A DNA stretch of 64,000 nt from Candidatus Nealsonbacteria bacterium. GTDB taxonomy: Bacteria; Patescibacteriota; Minisyncoccia; Minisyncoccales; JANBVM01. The stretch is from contig CP179887.1 in the NCBI GenBank assembly GCA_047456295.1, positions 303,159-367,158 of the forward strand. The letters run 5' to 3'. The position numbers and the translations under genes were made by a program. The notes under the pieces were generated by a model that searched no databases, was not told where the DNA came from, and saw nothing but the letters and a program-made list of their open reading frames with translations. This document shows positions 46,929-54,946 of this stretch, piece by piece; position 1 is the stretch's first letter, and the number at the start of each line of letters is the position of its first letter.

Positions 46929-46989
46929 AGGAGTTTTTCACAGTTTAGGGTTTGTTTTTTGGTTTAGGACTTGTAAAATTAAAAAAATG
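46929..46989 (+). promoter_or_regulatory. Putative promoter of the 46987-52059 operon, possibly leaderless
   Basis: TTGTTT (46952-46957), 16 nt, TAAAAT (46974-46979). The ATG at 46987 is only 7 nt past the -10 box and has no SD. Confidence 0.4.
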
Positions 46990-47547
46990 AACAAGCTTAT
47001 AAGGCTTTTATTTTTAATTATTGTTTTACTTCTCATTGTTGGAGGTTTTTTTTATTGGGAAAATCAAAAAGATGTAATGAAATTAAATAAGAATTTACCC
47101 GAAGGAGTAAGGGTAGTAAAAACTTTAAATGGAAAGTATAAAGTAGTGAATAAAATAGATGGATATGAATTTAAGGTTCGTGATGAATGGGGAGGAATAG
47201 AAGAAATTGAATATATACCAGAAAGAACAGAAAAAGGATATACTGCGGCTAGTATTGAGTTTGAGGGAAGAAAAGGAGGATCAAGAATTATTTCTATTGA
47301 TCGTTTTAAAACTGAATTGTTAGATTTTAACTTAGGAATTTGGGCCAGAACCTTTTTTGATACTTTTGAACTAGTTGGTAATTTTAAGGAAGATAAAGTA
47401 GGAGAATTTGAAATATTAAAAACTAAAGAAGAAGTACACTTGATGGGTATGTATGTATATTTTTTTAAAAAGAATTCTATAATCTATGCAGTTACTTGTG
47501 GTTCAGAAGAATTTATTCAAGATATTATTATTAATGGAAAATGGTAA
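46987..47547 (+). CDS. Membrane-anchored hypothetical protein
   Basis: 186 aa. N-terminal TM LIRLLFLIIVLLLIVGGFFYW. The stop overlaps the next start (ATGGTAA, 47541-47547). Confidence 0.6.
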   Translation: MNKLIRLLFLIIVLLLIVGGFFYWENQKDVMKLNKNLPEGVRVVKTLNGKYKVVNKIDGYEFKVRDEWGGIEEIEYIPERTEKGYTAASIEFEGRKGGSRIISIDRFKTELLDFNLGIWARTFFDTFELVGNFKEDKVGEFEILKTKEEVHLMGMYVYFFKKNSIIYAVTCGSEEFIQDIIINGKW

Positions 47548-48860
47548 AGCGCAATTATATTAATAGAATTAAACTTTATCTAAAAAGAGCATTGTTTTTG
47601 GCGATTACGTTATGTGTAATCGCCAATTTTATATTAGGAAATATCGTTTTTGCCCAAAAAATAGAAATTAGTGATAAGGATGTAGAAAGAATAAAAACAG
47701 GTTTAGATTTAATGAAAGCACTAGTAAACTTTACTATTTCAGAAGATAAACTAAAAACTATTTTAAATACAACAATCAGTGTCGGGGAAGTCTCTACCGA
47801 TATCACTTACGGATTACTTGTTTTAAGTGCCTTAAACGAGATGGAGTTAATAGATTTAGTGGTCTCTCAGAGATATAAGACAGAGGCAAGAACTTATTTC
47901 AACAGTGTTTTAAATCAACGATTAAATCTGATTAATTACTATACAGGCATAGGCTATGATCTTCCCAGGGTAGTATCGGGAGCTATTACCAGTCCGATAT
48001 CAGCTCTCACTTTAAATACATTTTCAATTACTAATAAGGCTATTGATATCTTTATTGCTTTTGAGAATATAAGAACGATGAAATTATATGATGGTTTGTG
48101 GTTTTATTTTGATTTAAGGAGAAATAATGAATCTCATGAAACAGCTTGGGATGATGTGAGGGAAATAATTGGTTTTGCAATTCAAACAACTTCCTTTTTA
48201 GGTTCAGCAAGAAGAGAAGATAATAACTCTCAATTAGAATCTCAATTCATCACTCTCTGGGATAAATGGGGACCTTATATTACTCCTAATGGAATAAGTG
48301 AAGAAGTTAAACAACAGGCTCGGATAGAACTTAGGGATAGTCTTATTTTTGCAATTAAAAAATATCAATTTGTTGAAGAAGAACCTAAGCCTTCTTTTTC
48401 AGATAAAGCGAAATTATCTTTAAATAATTTATTGGAGAAAATAAACAAAATAGGAGTATTTGTGGCAAATACTGGCAAAAATATTCAAGAAACAGCCCAA
48501 GAACAATTAAATAAAATAAGCTCACAGATTCAAACATTAACAGCTTTTGTAAGTAGTTTTACACCAGGTATGGCTGTAAAAGTAGAGGAGGTTTTAGAAC
48601 AGTTAGTTGAGCCAGAAATTGTAGAAAAAGAAACAGAAATAAGTAAATTATCAGTAGTAGTAGAAACACAAGAATTGTTACAGACAGGAGGGCCAGAACC
48701 AAGTTTGGACAGGCTAAGCCTGTCCAAAGAAGAAATTCAAGAAATAATTGATGATATTTCTGAAAGAGTTGATGTTCTTTCACAAGAGGTGGCGAAATTG
48801 ACGGGGGGGGGGGGAGAAAGACACCCCCAGACAAAAGTTCGAGGAATCGGATATTACTGA
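47541..48860 (+). CDS. Membrane-anchored hypothetical protein; probably the N-terminal part of a larger G-tract-interrupted surface protein
   Basis: 439 aa. TM/signal ALFLAITLCVIANFILGNIVFA. The frame terminates 46 nt after a G12 run, and the +1 frame is open from 48802 into the next ORF. Confidence 0.6.
   Translation: MVKRNYINRIKLYLKRALFLAITLCVIANFILGNIVFAQKIEISDKDVERIKTGLDLMKALVNFTISEDKLKTILNTTISVGEVSTDITYGLLVLSALNEMELIDLVVSQRYKTEARTYFNSVLNQRLNLINYYTGIGYDLPRVVSGAITSPISALTLNTFSITNKAIDIFIAFENIRTMKLYDGLWFYFDLRRNNESHETAWDDVREIIGFAIQTTSFLGSARREDNNSQLESQFITLWDKWGPYITPNGISEEVKQQARIELRDSLIFAIKKYQFVEEEPKPSFSDKAKLSLNNLLEKINKIGVFVANTGKNIQETAQEQLNKISSQIQTLTAFVSSFTPGMAVKVEEVLEQLVEPEIVEKETEISKLSVVVETQELLQTGGPEPSLDRLSLSKEEIQEIIDDISERVDVLSQEVAKLTGGGGERHPQTKVRGIGYY
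48704..48728. repeat. Palindromic element TTTGGACAGGCTAAGCCTGTCCAAA (copy 2, inside the coding sequence)
   Basis: Contains the exact reverse complement of 45500-45523. Encodes SLDRLSLSK. Lies 75 nt upstream of the G12 tract. Confidence 0.9.
48803..48814 (+). repeat. Homopolymeric G12 tract at the junction of two ORFs (candidate slipped-strand phase-variation site, or an assembly indel)
   Basis: acGGGGGGGGGGGGagaaag read directly. Loss of one G joins frame 47541.. to frame ..52059. Confidence 0.9.
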
Positions 48861-48984
48861 AACCGAAGAAATATCAGAGGATATTGAAAAAACAGAGGTT
48901 AAAGAGTTAGAACAGAAATTATGTGAAAAAACTCCAACCAATTATCCGGCAAGGAATACAATAATCATTAATGAAATTGCCTGG

Positions 48985-51900
48985 ATGGGAACTACTAATT
49001 CGGCAAATAATGAGTGGATTGAATTAAAAAATATTTCTGGAAGTGAGATTAATTTAGATAATTGGCAGTTTTTAGATAAGGATAAAAAAATTAAAATAAT
49101 CTTTACCGATCAGCACATTATTCAGAGGAACGGATTTTTTCTTTTAGAAAGAACAGATGATGAATCTCTACCAGGATTATCAGCTGATTTAATTTATACT
49201 GGCACTCTTGGTAATATAAACGAAGCCCTATATCTTTTTGATAAAAATTGTCAGCTTCAAGATGAAGTCCTGGCTTCCCCAAACTGGCCGGCTGGAGACA
49301 ATTCTTCAAAGAGGACAATGGAACGAAGATATGATTTAGAATGGCAAACCAGTGGTAATATTGGAGGTACACCTAAAAAGGAGAATAGTAGCGGTTATTA
49401 TGAATATTATGGCGGTGGAGGCGGAGGTACAACCCCTACCCCTTCTCCAGTAAAAATTTTAATTACAGAAGTCCAAATAGCTAGTGCTTCTAGCACCAAT
49501 GATGATTTTATTGAGCTTTATAATCCAAATCTTGAAGATGTTGATCTAACTAATTGGTATATCCAAAGAAAAACAGAAAATGCATCTGATTTTTCAACTT
49601 ATGCTAAAAAAGATTCATTTTCAGCAAAGAAAATTTTAGCTAAAAGTTATTTTCTTATTGCTAATGCTTTATCCACCTTTTCAGCTGACATCACAACTAC
49701 TTACCCTTTAACTAAAAATAATACTCTTTACTTAAAAAATCCGGAGGGAGAAATAATTGATATGGCTGGATGGGGCCAAGCCCAAGATTCTGAAACTGCT
49801 CCAGCAGAAAATCCGCAACCTGGTAAAAGTATTGGCAGAAAGTGGTCAACAACTACCGAGAGTTATATTGATACTGATAACAATTACGAGGATTTTAAAA
49901 TTCAAGAGCCAACACCTAAAGCAAAAAATAAAGCAGAAATAGAGCCAGAATCAGAGCCGGAAAATCAAATACCGATTGCTTCATTCACTTATACTCCACA
50001 AAATCCTGCTGTTGGCGAGCAAATTTTCTTTCATGCTGCTTCTTCCACTGATCCTGATGGAAAAATTATTAGTTTTATCTGGGATTTTGGTGATGGTAAC
50101 TCAACAACTACAAATCAAACTACGACAATTCATCTTTTTACCACTTCAAGTGATTTTATAATCACACTTATGGTGATAGATAATGCTGGAGCGACGAGTT
50201 CTCCTGCCACGACAACTATAGGGGTAACAGAGACTCCAGAAGAAGAAACGCCGAGCTTTTCTGTTGTTATCAACGAGATTGGATGGATGGGAACCAAAAA
50301 CTCTTCATCTGATGAGTGGATGGAATTATATAACAATACTGATGAGAATATTAACATTGCTAACTGGTCAATTTATGGAGCTGATACTGAAGAATGTTTG
50401 AATTTCTCAGATGCCGATGGTACATCAACCATAATTATTGCTCCTCACGATTATTTGATATATGCCAATAATAAAGAAAGCATAAAGAATTCTGAGGGTT
50501 TAAGCATTATTGATATCTGGGATGCTACCATAGGAATGAATAATACATCTCCTGGACAATTGATTCTTTATAGTGCCCCAGATTGCCAGGGTAATATGGT
50601 AGATATTGCCAATCAGTCTACTGGAAACTGGTTTGCTGGTGAAGCTTCTCCGTCTTATATCTCAATGGAAAGAATCAATCCGAATGCCCCAGCAACAGAC
50701 TCTGCCAATTGGGCAAGCAACAATTTAATTACCAGAAATGGATTAGATACCGAAGGGAATAAAATTAACGGCACCCCAAAATCAGAGAATAGTGTTTCCA
50801 AATCAGAAACTCAAACTCCCACCCTGCTGCCTTTTGATGAATTTGATGAACTTACCTTTACCTATCTTGGCAGTCCCTATATTATTAGAAATACCCTATA
50901 TGTCTTGGAAGGAAAGACCTTGAAGATTGAACCAGGAGTAACAATAAAATTTGTCCCCCGGTGGGGAGCTGAAATTAGAGGAACCTTGGAAGCAGTAGGT
51001 AAAGAAGGAAAAGAGATTATTTTTACTGCAAAAGGTGATGGATATTGGTCGGGAATTAAATTTAAAAATCATCAACCGGAAAATCAGATTACTTCTCGAC
51101 TGGAACACATTAAAATAGAAAAAGCCAGAATATGTCTGAATACGGATTGCACTAGAACTACTATGTTAAGCGTTGATCAAGCTACCATTAGTCTTAAAAA
51201 CTCGGTGTTGGAGAGCGATAACTGGAGTAAAATAGCAATCTACTTAAATAATTCTTCTTCAACCTTAGAGAATATTGTTTTTTCAAGATTTAATATTTCT
51301 ATTCATATTCAAGGAGGATCGCAAAAAATAAAGAATTGCAGCTTCTTTGAAAATTCTTCTGGAATTCATATAGCTTACGGTTCTAATACTAAAATCGAAG
51401 GAAACACTTTCAGAAACAATGGAACTCCAATTTATCTTAATGCTGCTTCTTCTTTTTTTGAAGGAAATATAGTTGAAGATAACATTCTTGACGGAATCTC
51501 AGTGGGAGCAGGCTATCTTCCTACCACAACCTGGCAGGCTGATTTACCTTATATTCTTGAAAAGGGAGCAGTGGCGCTTGGTTCAATTCTCACCCTTGAA
51601 CCAGGAACGATAGTAAAATTCAGTAATGGCGGAGGAATGGAAATTTATGGAAAAATTATAGCTCAAGGAACTTCCGCTCAACAGATTATTTTCACCTCTC
51701 TAAAAGATGACAGTTATGGTGGTGACACTAACAATGATGCTACCACCACTCAACCTGCTCGTGGGAGTTGGCGTAATATTCGTTTTAATTCTTCTGATTC
51801 TATTTTGGATAACGTCATTATTAAATACGGCGGAAGAGAAGTAAAAGATTTGCCTTGGAGCATGAATGTTGGAGCTATCAGCTTGAATGAGGATGTTGAA

Positions 51901-52059
51901 ATTTCAATTAAGAACTCATTAATTGAAGAAAATGTTTATGCTATTTCTTTTCCAAACACTACTAGTTGTGAAACAATTATTGCAAGAATTAATCAATTTG
52001 AAACAGAAAATACTATCTTTAAGGATAATAAATATCTTACCTATCCTAAGTGCCCTTAA
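48985..52059 (+). CDS. Large secreted surface protein with three lamin-tail domains (LTD), a PKD domain and C-terminal right-handed beta-helix repeats
   Basis: 1024 aa from the first ATG. LTD signatures are (IIINEIAW)MGTTNSANNEWIELKN, ILITEVQ...DDFIELYNP and VVINEIGWMGTKNSSSDEWMELYN. The PKD signature is PIASFTYTPQNPAVGEQIFFHAASSTDPDGKIISFIWDFGDGN. Repetitive N/G/I-rich beta-helix turns fill the last ~380 aa. The first LTD starts upstream of the annotated ATG. Confidence 0.8.
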   Translation: MGTTNSANNEWIELKNISGSEINLDNWQFLDKDKKIKIIFTDQHIIQRNGFFLLERTDDESLPGLSADLIYTGTLGNINEALYLFDKNCQLQDEVLASPNWPAGDNSSKRTMERRYDLEWQTSGNIGGTPKKENSSGYYEYYGGGGGGTTPTPSPVKILITEVQIASASSTNDDFIELYNPNLEDVDLTNWYIQRKTENASDFSTYAKKDSFSAKKILAKSYFLIANALSTFSADITTTYPLTKNNTLYLKNPEGEIIDMAGWGQAQDSETAPAENPQPGKSIGRKWSTTTESYIDTDNNYEDFKIQEPTPKAKNKAEIEPESEPENQIPIASFTYTPQNPAVGEQIFFHAASSTDPDGKIISFIWDFGDGNSTTTNQTTTIHLFTTSSDFIITLMVIDNAGATSSPATTTIGVTETPEEETPSFSVVINEIGWMGTKNSSSDEWMELYNNTDENINIANWSIYGADTEECLNFSDADGTSTIIIAPHDYLIYANNKESIKNSEGLSIIDIWDATIGMNNTSPGQLILYSAPDCQGNMVDIANQSTGNWFAGEASPSYISMERINPNAPATDSANWASNNLITRNGLDTEGNKINGTPKSENSVSKSETQTPTLLPFDEFDELTFTYLGSPYIIRNTLYVLEGKTLKIEPGVTIKFVPRWGAEIRGTLEAVGKEGKEIIFTAKGDGYWSGIKFKNHQPENQITSRLEHIKIEKARICLNTDCTRTTMLSVDQATISLKNSVLESDNWSKIAIYLNNSSSTLENIVFSRFNISIHIQGGSQKIKNCSFFENSSGIHIAYGSNTKIEGNTFRNNGTPIYLNAASSFFEGNIVEDNILDGISVGAGYLPTTTWQADLPYILEKGAVALGSILTLEPGTIVKFSNGGGMEIYGKIIAQGTSAQQIIFTSLKDDSYGGDTNNDATTTQPARGSWRNIRFNSSDSILDNVIIKYGGREVKDLPWSMNVGAISLNEDVEISIKNSLIEENVYAISFPNTTSCETIIARINQFETENTIFKDNKYLTYPKCP

Positions 52060-52080
52060 TTGCGGCTAAAAGAATAAAAA

Positions 52081-52104
52081 GCCCATCGCTGTGGGCATTT
52101 TTTA
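52081..52104 (+). terminator. Intrinsic terminator after the LTD protein gene
   Basis: GCCCA-tcgctg-TGGGC followed by ATTTTTT. Confidence 0.6.
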
Positions 52105-52175
52105 TTATATCAAATGATTCCAAATCTATTAATAACAGTCTATTGACATAAGGTTTTCCTTATGCCAATATAATA

Positions 52176-53357
52176 TTGATTATTGGTATAATGATTTACC
52201 ATTATTTTATGTTTACAGAAGAACAAATAAAATCAATAAGAGGGAAGGAAATAGTGCCTGAATATAAAAACATTTTTCCACCAACTTTAAGTAGGCTTTA
52301 TAGTAATGAACTGGTTAGCTTAATAGGTGAAGCAAATCGGGCTATAGGTAATCTAAATAGCTATGCGAGAATTGTTCCCAATCCCGATTTGTTGATAGGG
52401 CCTATGTTGTTAAGAGAGGCGTTGGCAAGTTCAAGGATTGAGGGCACTGAAGCTACCGCAAGAGATATTGTTCAACACGATGCGGGAATAAAGTTGCCTC
52501 CCAAGATAAGGGGGGAGGCCCTTGAAGTAATAAACCACAGGGAATCGACTAAATTAGGTTTATATTTATTAGACAAAAAAGGTCTTCCGTTAGTTAATCG
52601 GGTAATTAAAGAAATGCATAAAAAATTGATGTTCGCAGTAAGGGGCGAAATGCGTCGCCCAGGCGAGTTCAGAGAAGGCTCTAATGCTGTAGCAAGAAAA
52701 AATGATATCGATTCAATTATATTTTTACCGCCTCCCGCAGATAAAGTCGAAGGTTTAATGAAAAATTTGGAAAAATATTTGAATGAAAAAAATTCAGACA
52801 TCGACACTATCTTAAGATGTGCGATAGCTCATTATGAATTTGAAGCAATTCATCCTTTCGCCGATGGAAATGGAAGACTAGGGAGAGTCTTAATTTCTCT
52901 ATTTTTAATAAAAGAGAGGGTGCTTGAGTATCCATTATTATATTTAAGCGGTTATTTACTTAGAGAAAAAGATTTATATTATAAAGCATTATTAGAAATA
53001 ACAACGCAAGAAAATTGGGGGCTTTGGTTCAAATTCGTTCTACGAGGAGTAAAAGAACAGGCATTAAGGTCTCGAAATATATTAGAAAGAATTTATTCTT
53101 TATATAAAAAAGATAAAGATATTGTAGAAAATAATATTAAAAAAAGTATATATGCACCTCGATTAGTAGAAAAAATTTTTATGTTCCCTGTTATTACAGG
53201 CACACAGGCCTCTAAACTACTTCGATCAAGACACACTACTGCTATGAATCTTTTAAAAGAAATGACAAAACTTGGGTTGTTAAAATCGGATATCAGGAAG
53301 AAGCGTAATATTCCTTTCTATAATGAGAGGTTAATCGCGTTATTAGAAGAAGCTTGA
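52176..53357 (+). CDS. Fic-family protein (AMPylase-type) with N-terminal inhibitory-helix motif and C-terminal wHTH-like region
   Basis: Active-site motif HPFADGNGRLGR. SSRIEG matches the (S/T)xxxE(G/N) auto-inhibition motif. The track start is TTG 52176; ATG at 52209 (MFTEEQIK) is more plausible. Confidence 0.88.
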   Translation: MIIGIMIYHYFMFTEEQIKSIRGKEIVPEYKNIFPPTLSRLYSNELVSLIGEANRAIGNLNSYARIVPNPDLLIGPMLLREALASSRIEGTEATARDIVQHDAGIKLPPKIRGEALEVINHRESTKLGLYLLDKKGLPLVNRVIKEMHKKLMFAVRGEMRRPGEFREGSNAVARKNDIDSIIFLPPPADKVEGLMKNLEKYLNEKNSDIDTILRCAIAHYEFEAIHPFADGNGRLGRVLISLFLIKERVLEYPLLYLSGYLLREKDLYYKALLEITTQENWGLWFKFVLRGVKEQALRSRNILERIYSLYKKDKDIVENNIKKSIYAPRLVEKIFMFPVITGTQASKLLRSRHTTAMNLLKEMTKLGLLKSDIRKKRNIPFYNERLIALLEEA

Positions 53358-53381
53358 TAATTACAACTAAATAAAGGTATT

Positions 53382-53404
53382 ACTGCCTTCGGGCAGTTTT
53401 TGTT
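53382..53404 (+). terminator. Intrinsic terminator after fic
   Basis: ACTGCC-TTCG-GGCAGT followed by TTTTTGTTT. Confidence 0.7.
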
Positions 53405-54091
53405 TATCTAAACTTTAACTTCTAATTCAAATTTAAGATAATTATTCGACCATTGTACACGGTCTTTCAAAGATATCTCGAGGGAATCTGGAAATTCATA
53501 TCTTTTTATTTTTAAATTAATATCTAAGAATATTATATAAGAATATTATAAAATGGGTACAGATTTGTTGCAATTTCGTCACAAATGGGAATCCATTTTT
53601 ATTATAATTACCTTAAATGGTATTCCTGTATGTGGATAACTCTGAACAACCTTACTTATTTAAACATCACAATTGAAAGAAAAAAAAGAAAAGCATATAT
53701 TGCTTTCTTAAAAGAATAAGGAGGATCCTTCTTCTGGGTTAGAAGGAGGTGAATGATAAGGCGATTGTTGAACACAAAGAAGGATCCATCTTTTTAAAAA
53801 AATTAGAAGTCTATCTCTTTATATAAAGTAAGGGGAGATTAGACTCAAGAGTGTTTATAAGGTTTATAAGGAGAGAACTAATATTCTCCAAAAAAACCCT
53901 TACTGTATTATACGAAATAGACCTCTTTCTAGTTTTATATCTTAATCACCTTTTAAAATCTTGTCAAATGTATAAGATTTTTTCAATAAAGCAAGAGATA
54001 ATTTTTGTAAAGTGAAAAAGGTTTAAAATAAAGAGACTTCACTTCCTTATTTTTTTAATAAAAACTGGAAATGAAAAGGAATGATAAGTAT

Positions 54092-54205
54092 TTAACCCCA
54101 AAAAGACTGAAGGGCAAAATAAAACATCACGCCCATCAAGATTAAACTGAATATTAAATCAATTAAAAAAATATGATTTCCTTTTTGTTGATTCATTAAT
54201 TTCAT
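54092..54205 (-). CDS. Possible 37-aa single-TM micro-protein
   Basis: Hand translation: MKLMNQQKGNHIFLIDLIFSLILMGVMFYFALQSFWG*. It starts 14 nt after the stop of the upstream gene. Support is weak. Confidence 0.25.
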   Translation of the reverse strand: MKLMNQQKGNHIFLIDLIFSLILMGVMFYFALQSFWG

Positions 54206-54218
54206 AAACATTAATTCT

Positions 54219-54944
54219 TTAAAAGCCGGCAAAGCTCTTTATCTTTGAAACAGGTATTACAATAACCCTTCCCCAGAAATCAATTGTATTCAATCCCAAC
54301 ACCTCGCCTTTGATGTTAAATAAAGGGCTGCCTCTTAGAAGATTTGTCTCAAAGATATTTGTCTCAATAAGGTCTTTGTCAAAATATTTTACAATTCCCT
54401 CATTGGTCACTTTTTTCATTTCTCCTTCCTTAAAAACTGCTCCCACTAAAAAAACCCTTTCTCCCAGCTTTATTTTCTCAAAATTGGCGAAACTTACGGT
54501 AGGCAGATTATTTTTCTCAAGCTTTACCAGAGCCAGATTCTCCTTCAAATCCCTTTTCAGGACCTGGTAATGGGTTAGTTCTCCATCAACAAAAAAACTG
54601 AATTTATATCCCTGGGGAATCAAGCTTGCCAGGGTGATTATTAAACCATCTGAGGTTAAAATCAAGCCTGAACCCTCTAAGATTTTTTCTTCTGTTTTTG
54701 TTTTTACGCCAATGACTGTTTTGTCCACTTTTTCAATGCTATTCTGCAGGGCAACGTTCTCCTGAATAGTGATTTCTTTCCTTTCAGTAACGTAAATGGG
54801 TGTTTGATCCAGGCCATATTGGTAAAAAAGAGGCCTTTCAACAAAATAAGGCCAGAGAATCTGGTCAGCAAATATACCGCCTACCATGCCTATTATAAAA
54901 ATTGCTAAAATCTTCAAAAGGTTTTTTTTCATGCCAAAACCCAT
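54219..54944 (-). CDS. HtrA/trypsin-fold protein lacking the catalytic triad (pseudo-protease), membrane anchored, no PDZ
   Basis: 241 aa. It aligns with the active HtrA at 57749-59038, but GSGLILTSDGLIITLASLI replaces ..TNKHVV (His lost), NLALVKL replaces DIAILKI (Asp to Asn), and NLLRGSPLFN replaces KGNSGGPLLN (Ser to Arg). Confidence 0.7.
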   Translation of the reverse strand: MGFGMKKNLLKILAIFIIGMVGGIFADQILWPYFVERPLFYQYGLDQTPIYVTERKEITIQENVALQNSIEKVDKTVIGVKTKTEEKILEGSGLILTSDGLIITLASLIPQGYKFSFFVDGELTHYQVLKRDLKENLALVKLEKNNLPTVSFANFEKIKLGERVFLVGAVFKEGEMKKVTNEGIVKYFDKDLIETNIFETNLLRGSPLFNIKGEVLGLNTIDFWGRVIVIPVSKIKSFAGF

Positions 54945-54946
54945 AT

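Noticed and set aside
53700-53800. CACCTCCTT-like strings on the minus strand (complements of the SD-like boxes), considered as a remnant 16S rRNA 3' end.
   Set aside because: Only about 12 nt resemble the anti-SD region, with no flanking 16S helix-45 sequence. They are more simply explained as SD-like boxes within inverted repeats.
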